Below are positions 59,289 to 64,000 of a stretch of 64,000 bases of DNA, in pieces. Both the position numbers and the translations under genes were made by a program. Location of the stretch: the NCBI GenBank assembly GCA_005223125.1, contig NJBH01000018.1, forward strand, positions 1-64,000, in the 5' to 3' direction. This DNA comes from Promethearchaeota archaeon Loki_b32. GTDB taxonomy: Archaea > Asgardarchaeota > Lokiarchaeia > Sigyniarchaeales > SOKP01. Under the pieces are notes generated by a model. The model ran no database searches and had not been told where the DNA came from. It saw nothing but the letters and a program-made list of their open reading frames with translations. How positions within the stretch are numbered: the first letter of the stretch is position 1; every line of letters begins with the position of its first letter.

Positions 59289-59543
59289 ATGCTAACAAAG
59301 GAGGATGAAATTAATAAGAAAATACAACTTACTAAAAAAATCTTAGATAATGTGTATGAAATCTTAGAGTTGTTTAAACCCCTTTTAAGTAAAATGATTA
59401 AAATGCCCGATGCTAAAAAATTTAAGGAAAATGGAACATTTGAGAGAGCAGCATCATTATTTGGTAGAATATCTGATTTATGTGGAGAAATTGAAAATAG
59501 TTCTTTACCTTCGAATTCATTTCTTAAAAGTTTAAGCAACTAA
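59289..59543 (+). CDS. small helical hypothetical protein
   Basis: 84 aa; ATG preceded by GGTGA. Confidence 0.6.
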   Translation: MLTKEDEINKKIQLTKKILDNVYEILELFKPLLSKMIKMPDAKKFKENGTFERAASLFGRISDLCGEIENSSLPSNSFLKSLSN

Positions 59544-59642
59544 ATTTATTGTCAAATCTATACATTTTATCTAAGTTGTAATTATTTGAAAATTAAATTT
59601 CACCTGTTTATCGAAGTTGAGTTACCTAATAGTTTGTAAGAA

Positions 59643-59714
59643 TGCGCCCGCCGGGAATTGAACCCGGGTCGCGGAGTTGGGAACCCAGCATACTGACCAC
59701 TATACTACGAGCGC
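59643..59714 (-). tRNA. tRNA-Gly: tRNA-Gly(CCC), intronless
   Basis: Acceptor GCGCTCG/CGGGCGC, loop TT-CCC-AA, T arm CCGGG-TTCAATT-CCCGG; one U-C mismatch in the anticodon stem. Confidence 0.9.
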
Positions 59715-59813
59715 TATAAAATATAGAATTGTTGATTTATGGGTATTCTTATGAATATATATAACATTAATTAGGAATACCAATTAAAATTTTTTGAAAT
59801 ATAAGCTAAATCC

Positions 59814-59840
59814 TTTGTACTATACATTGTATAGTACAAA
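59814..59840. promoter_or_regulatory. 27-bp palindrome, candidate operator
   Basis: TTTGTACTATACA-T-TGTATAGTACAAA between the divergent tRNA-Gly and histidine kinase genes. Confidence 0.55.
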
Positions 59841-60026
59841 TATACAATGTCCATACAAATATAACTATAAAATATTATGTAATACATATTCTTTGCATTA
59901 GATAAAGATAGATTTATCGAGGACATAAATATTTACTCCTTAATGGAATAAATATGGGATTTTTTTCAGAAATCTAATATGAATAAAAAAATACCAAGTG
60001 ATAAATAAAGTATTGGAGAAAATATA

Positions 60027-61538
60027 GTGCCGAATGAATACAAGAGAAATGAAAAGCAATTGAGTGAATCAGAGGAAAAATACAAGTTAATTTTAGAAAA
60101 CGTAAATGATTTAATTACAATTATCAATGAGAATTTAGAACATGAGTATATCAATGAAAAGGCATATTTTGATTTATTAGGTTATTCAAAAGAAGATATA
60201 ATTGGAAAAACTCCACTCACTCCTTTACATCCAGATGATGTGAAAAAAGCCCTTAAAACTTTAAGAGAGGGATTTAAGTTCGGAGAAGGTAGGAATGAAA
60301 TGCGAGTAAGACACAAAGATGGTCATTATCTCTGGTTAGAAAATAAAGGAAAAACATTTATTGATATCGATGGAAAAAAGAAAGCAATTCTGATCTCTAG
60401 AGATATAACTGAACGGAAAACTGCTGAACAAAAATTAAAAGAATCAGAAACAAAGTACAGATTAATCTCTGAAAATGCTAATGATTTAATTTTAATACTT
60501 AAACAAAACTTAGATATCGAATATGTGAACGAACGACCTTTGTTAAAACTGACAGGTTATTCAATTGAAGAAGTTATTGGGAAAAGGGCCTTGAATTTTA
60601 TACATTTAGATGATGCTAATGAAGCTTTAAATAAATTTTATAAAGCATTTGACAAAGAAGGCCATGGAACTATAGAAGTACGAATAAAACATAAAAATGG
60701 TAATTTTGTATATGTAGAAATCAATGGAAGTTTATTTCATAATGAAAAGGGTGAACCAAGAGTTCTTTTAATTACTAGAGACATTACAGAGCGTAAAAAA
60801 GCGGAAAATGTTAAAATCGAAGAATACAAAAAATTAGAAGAATTAAGCCAAATAAAAAGTGAATCAATAATGAAAGCATCCCATGAACTTAAAACTCCTT
60901 TAAGTTCTGTTTATTTTGCATCTCAACTTCTACTGAAAAATTTCAAAGAACAACTAGGTGAGGAAGTACTAAGTTTTATTGAGATTATATACAGAGGAAG
61001 CCAAAAATTAAGGCATTTAATTGAAAATATGCTTGATGCATCAAGATTAGAATCAGATGAATTGAAATTGAACTTGAGAGATGAGAATCTTGTTGAAATT
61101 TTAAATGGTTGTATTAGTGATTTAAAACATTGGGCTGACAAGAGAAAAGTTAATATTAAAGCTGATTTACTTACCCCATTTATTTTAGAAGTTGATCGAA
61201 TTAGAATAGAACAACTAATTATTAATATCTTATCTAATGCAATAAAATTTACTCCCCCTAATGGAAATATTATAATAGAATTAAATGATAGTGAAAAATA
61301 TGTAGAAATCTCAATTAGAGATACCGGTATTGGATTAACAAAGAAAGAAAAAGGAAAATTATTTCAAAAATTTGGTAAAATTGAAAGAGTTGGGAAACAA
61401 CTAGATATTGAAACCGAAGGAACAGGTTTAGGCTTATATATATCTAAAGAGATTGTCGAACTTCATAAAGGGAAAATATTGGTTAAATCACAAGGAAGAA
61501 ATAAAGGATCCACTTTTCTTATAAGATTACCAAAATAA
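60027..61538 (+). CDS. soluble PAS-PAS sensor histidine kinase
   Basis: Two PAS/PAC repeats (HPDD/HLDD, RDITERK), SHELKTPL, NILSNAIKFT, DTGIG, GTGLGL. Confidence 0.93.
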   Translation: MPNEYKRNEKQLSESEEKYKLILENVNDLITIINENLEHEYINEKAYFDLLGYSKEDIIGKTPLTPLHPDDVKKALKTLREGFKFGEGRNEMRVRHKDGHYLWLENKGKTFIDIDGKKKAILISRDITERKTAEQKLKESETKYRLISENANDLILILKQNLDIEYVNERPLLKLTGYSIEEVIGKRALNFIHLDDANEALNKFYKAFDKEGHGTIEVRIKHKNGNFVYVEINGSLFHNEKGEPRVLLITRDITERKKAENVKIEEYKKLEELSQIKSESIMKASHELKTPLSSVYFASQLLLKNFKEQLGEEVLSFIEIIYRGSQKLRHLIENMLDASRLESDELKLNLRDENLVEILNGCISDLKHWADKRKVNIKADLLTPFILEVDRIRIEQLIINILSNAIKFTPPNGNIIIELNDSEKYVEISIRDTGIGLTKKEKGKLFQKFGKIERVGKQLDIETEGTGLGLYISKEIVELHKGKILVKSQGRNKGSTFLIRLPK

Positions 61539-61653
61539 CTTTTTTAAAAACTTAATTTTCAACTATAAATGGATTTTTAAGTAGTAATTCCTTTCTCTAT
61601 AAATCCATAGAAGTATATTTTAATATCTTAATTCATTTTGAAGACATTCTAAT

Positions 61654-62304
61654 ATGCGAAAATTAAAACTAATAAGTGACAAATTTACATTAAAAATCTT
61701 AACTGGCGTTTTTGGCTTATTATCTATTACATTTGGTATTATTGGAGATATAATTGCTTATTTAATGTATCCAGGATATGATTTCAGACGAGAAGTTGTA
61801 AGTTCACTTTGTAAAGGCCCAGGAGGTCTATTTTTCCAATCTGGAACAGTAATTTCGGGTTTATTTGCCTTTATATTTGTGATTTACCTTGTAAGAACAT
61901 TTGATGGAGATGAGATTAATGAGAATCTTAGAAAATTCGCTAAAATTATGGCAATAGTTTCTTGTGCAAGTTTCATCATGTTAGGCGTTTTTTGTGGTTC
62001 TAATCCTATAGTTGCTTATATACATGGTACTAGTGCTATGATCAGTTGGATTTCTGGTTTGTTATATATTACTCTTTATAATATTTTTTTTATTAGATCA
62101 TCTAATTATTCAAAATTCCTAGGATATTTTGGTTTTATTGAAACGGTTATTCTTGTATCAATGCTGATTTTCTTCTTTTTACATCTTCTTCCAGCTTTAA
62201 GTTTCTTAATGAAAATTTTACCAAATTTAGAGTGGTTAAATACATTATCACTAATATCTTGGTATCTAGTGGTATCCATTTATATTATCCATAAAAAAAA
62301 TTAA
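61654..62304 (+). CDS. DUF998-like membrane protein, copy 1
   Basis: YPGY......SSL...G..FF..G, internal HG, late EW; 5-6 TM segments. Confidence 0.7.
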   Translation: MRKLKLISDKFTLKILTGVFGLLSITFGIIGDIIAYLMYPGYDFRREVVSSLCKGPGGLFFQSGTVISGLFAFIFVIYLVRTFDGDEINENLRKFAKIMAIVSCASFIMLGVFCGSNPIVAYIHGTSAMISWISGLLYITLYNIFFIRSSNYSKFLGYFGFIETVILVSMLIFFFLHLLPALSFLMKILPNLEWLNTLSLISWYLVVSIYIIHKKN

Positions 62305-62387
62305 AAAACACTTTAGAGCTACTATCTCTAACGTAATTTTTAAGTTATTATAAAAATTCTTATAAATAAAAAAATTGACAGATTATT

Positions 62388-63069
62388 ATGAAAAAAATAA
62401 ATGGTTTTTTTTAATAAGGTTTTTTCCTCCATCCCAGGGTATGTTTTTGGCTTTTTAACGTTTTTGATTGGGATTTTAGGATACATAGTTGCGTTAATAT
62501 TATCACCTGAATATGTTATGTGGGAAAAATCAATTAGTATTTTAGCAAATCATCATCCTGGTGGTATATATTTAAGAATTGGGTTAATTATTTCTAATAT
62601 TATAGCGATTCCTTTCATTATATATATTGGTAGGGCTTTGAAAGATGAAAATGTAAACGAGATTTTAAGAAAGCTCACAATAGGTCATGGAATTTCTGTT
62701 TCAGTAGTAGCAATATTGACTGGAAGTGTTGTATGTGCAAATATATTAATGAAATACCTGCATGGTTTATTTGCACTAACTAGTTGGATTGGTGGAACAG
62801 TAGCTTGTCTACTCATTGGATTGTTGATGTTAAGAAATACTAAATTTACAAAATCTATAATGATTTTTAGTTTTATTGTGGCTTTGATTTTTGGTACATA
62901 TCTAATCCCATTTTTCATTACAAATTTTTGTAATTATTATCCGGAAATATAATATTCATTTGGAAGGCAAATATATACAATAATGCCCCTTTTCGAGTGG
63001 ATTGTTATGTATTCTATTTTATTTTGGTATTTAGTTAATTCAATTTATTTATTTTATAAAAAAATATAA
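62388..63069 (+). pseudogene. DUF998-like membrane protein, copy 2, disrupted
   Basis: In-frame TAA at 62950-62952, after which YSFGRQIYTIMPLFEW matches copy 3; a T8 run at 62405-62412 shifts the MKKINGFF start out of frame. Confidence 0.78.
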
Positions 63070-63113
63070 TCAAATCAAATAACCTATAAATTCAATAAAA
63101 TTTTATTTGTGCT

Positions 63114-63173
63114 TTATCACTAATTTTATGGTATCTAGTAGTATCGATTTACGTTATACATAAAAGAATCTAA
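63114..63173 (+). repeat. duplicated 3' end of DUF998 copy 1
   Basis: 60-bp match to 62245-62304 (LSLILWYLVVSIYVIHKRI* versus LSLISWYLVVSIYIIHKKN*). Confidence 0.8.
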
Positions 63174-63259
63174 AAATCCAATAGAACTCAACTTATTCTA
63201 TCATAATTTTTAAGTAGTTACAAAAATTTTTATAAGATAAAAAGAGAAGTGAGATTAAA

Positions 63260-63940
63260 ATGGAAAAGAATAATAGCTTCTTTGATAAATTTTTCAAGTT
63301 ATTCCCAGGATATATTTTTGGATTACTGGGATTCACGGTTGGCACTTTAGGTATAATTATTGCTCTACTTACATCACCAGAATATATAATGTGGAAGGAA
63401 TCAATAAGTCTTTTAGGTCATGACACTGGTGGAATATTTTTAAGAATTGGATTGGTAATATCTGGTTTGGTATCTATCCCTTTCTTTATTTATTTAGGGA
63501 GATCAGTTAAAGATGAGCACGTTAATGATCTATTAAGAAAAATTAGTACTGGTATAGGTATATTTTGTTCAATTTGCGTTTCACTTGCGGGCACTTTTTC
63601 TGGTGTCAATGAATTTATAAGCATGTTACATGGTCTTTTTGCTTTATGCAGTTGGTTGGGTAATGCCGCAATTTTTATTATATTTAGTTTTATTATGTCA
63701 AAGAACCCAAAATTTTCGAAGTATCCTGTATATGTAGGATATGTAGCTGCGGGGATTTTAATACTCTACTTAATACCCTTTTTCATGGTAAACTTTTGTA
63801 ATCTCTACGCAGATATTTGTTATGAATTTGGAAGAAAAGTATATACTACAATCATGCCATTGTTTGAATGGGTAGTGTACTTTTCTATATTATCATGGGT
63901 TTTGTTTAATTCATGCTATTTGTTGTATAATAAAATTTAA
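63260..63940 (+). CDS. DUF998-like membrane protein, copy 3
   Basis: Close paralog of copy 2 (PGY.FG.L, SPEY.MW..SIS.L, LHGLFAL.SW, MPLFEW). Confidence 0.75.
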   Translation: MEKNNSFFDKFFKLFPGYIFGLLGFTVGTLGIIIALLTSPEYIMWKESISLLGHDTGGIFLRIGLVISGLVSIPFFIYLGRSVKDEHVNDLLRKISTGIGIFCSICVSLAGTFSGVNEFISMLHGLFALCSWLGNAAIFIIFSFIMSKNPKFSKYPVYVGYVAAGILILYLIPFFMVNFCNLYADICYEFGRKVYTTIMPLFEWVVYFSILSWVLFNSCYLLYNKI

Positions 63941-64000
63941 TTATTACTGTGTTGTATAGAATTCAATGAAATAAAACTCATGATCTTATTATGGAACGTA

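Noticed and set aside
59643-59714. tRNA-Gly as a pseudogene or integration site
   Set aside because: Only one stem mismatch; no duplicated 3' end or integrase was seen nearby
59979-60026. Upstream in-frame ATG and TAA suggesting a truncated kinase
   Set aside because: The GTG at 60027 has its own GGAG ribosome-binding site and the domains are complete
2089-62918. Many short antisense or overlapping ORFs in the track (for example 2912, 9586, 13125, 20296, 40324, 41050, 49152, 56139)
   Set aside because: Shadow frames of well-supported genes, with no motifs
1-64000. Genome-wide TAG recoding
   Set aside because: Several intact genes end in TAG (11597, 24408, 27202, 27974, 30142); only one in-frame TAG was seen
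1-64000. CRISPR arrays, rRNA genes, transposases, ORB replication origin
   Set aside because: No repeat-spacer periodicity, rRNA-like sequence, transposase motif, ORB box or cdc6 gene was recognised

Overview
Strongly AT-rich archaeal chromosomal DNA, most likely from an Asgard archaeon of the Lokiarchaeia. This assignment is inferred from aCPSF1/FttA, archaeal-type AsnRS, a tRNA with BHB introns, an EF-2 paralog lacking the diphthamide site, and eukaryotic-signature proteins (gelsolin, roadblock, longin, Rab-like GTPase, winged-helix/PCI-like repeats). The left two thirds is mainly housekeeping: folP, cofE-like, asnS, gatAB, menB/badI-like, dgt, fttA and purN, plus a TumE-type toxin-antitoxin insertion, an orphan DNA methyltransferase, a GT87 pair and two coiled-coil paralogs. 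The standout is a 14-gene, single-strand chemosensory cluster at 42248-57776 (cheW, cheY, cheA, a CheW-CheC-CheC fusion, cheR, two cheB, cheD, cheC). It has no recognisable chemoreceptor, CheF or archaellum gene, but is interleaved with a gelsolin-domain protein, a roadblock-small GTPase fusion, a longin-domain protein and a beta-sandwich protein. It is a candidate Che pathway wired to actin and polarity machinery. Other observations: a two-intron tRNA-Gln with C33, two unannotated long structured RNA candidates, probable ATT/ATA start codons, an unannotated zinc-finger microprotein, and in-frame stops in two genes. All calls come from motif reading by eye; no database searches were run.
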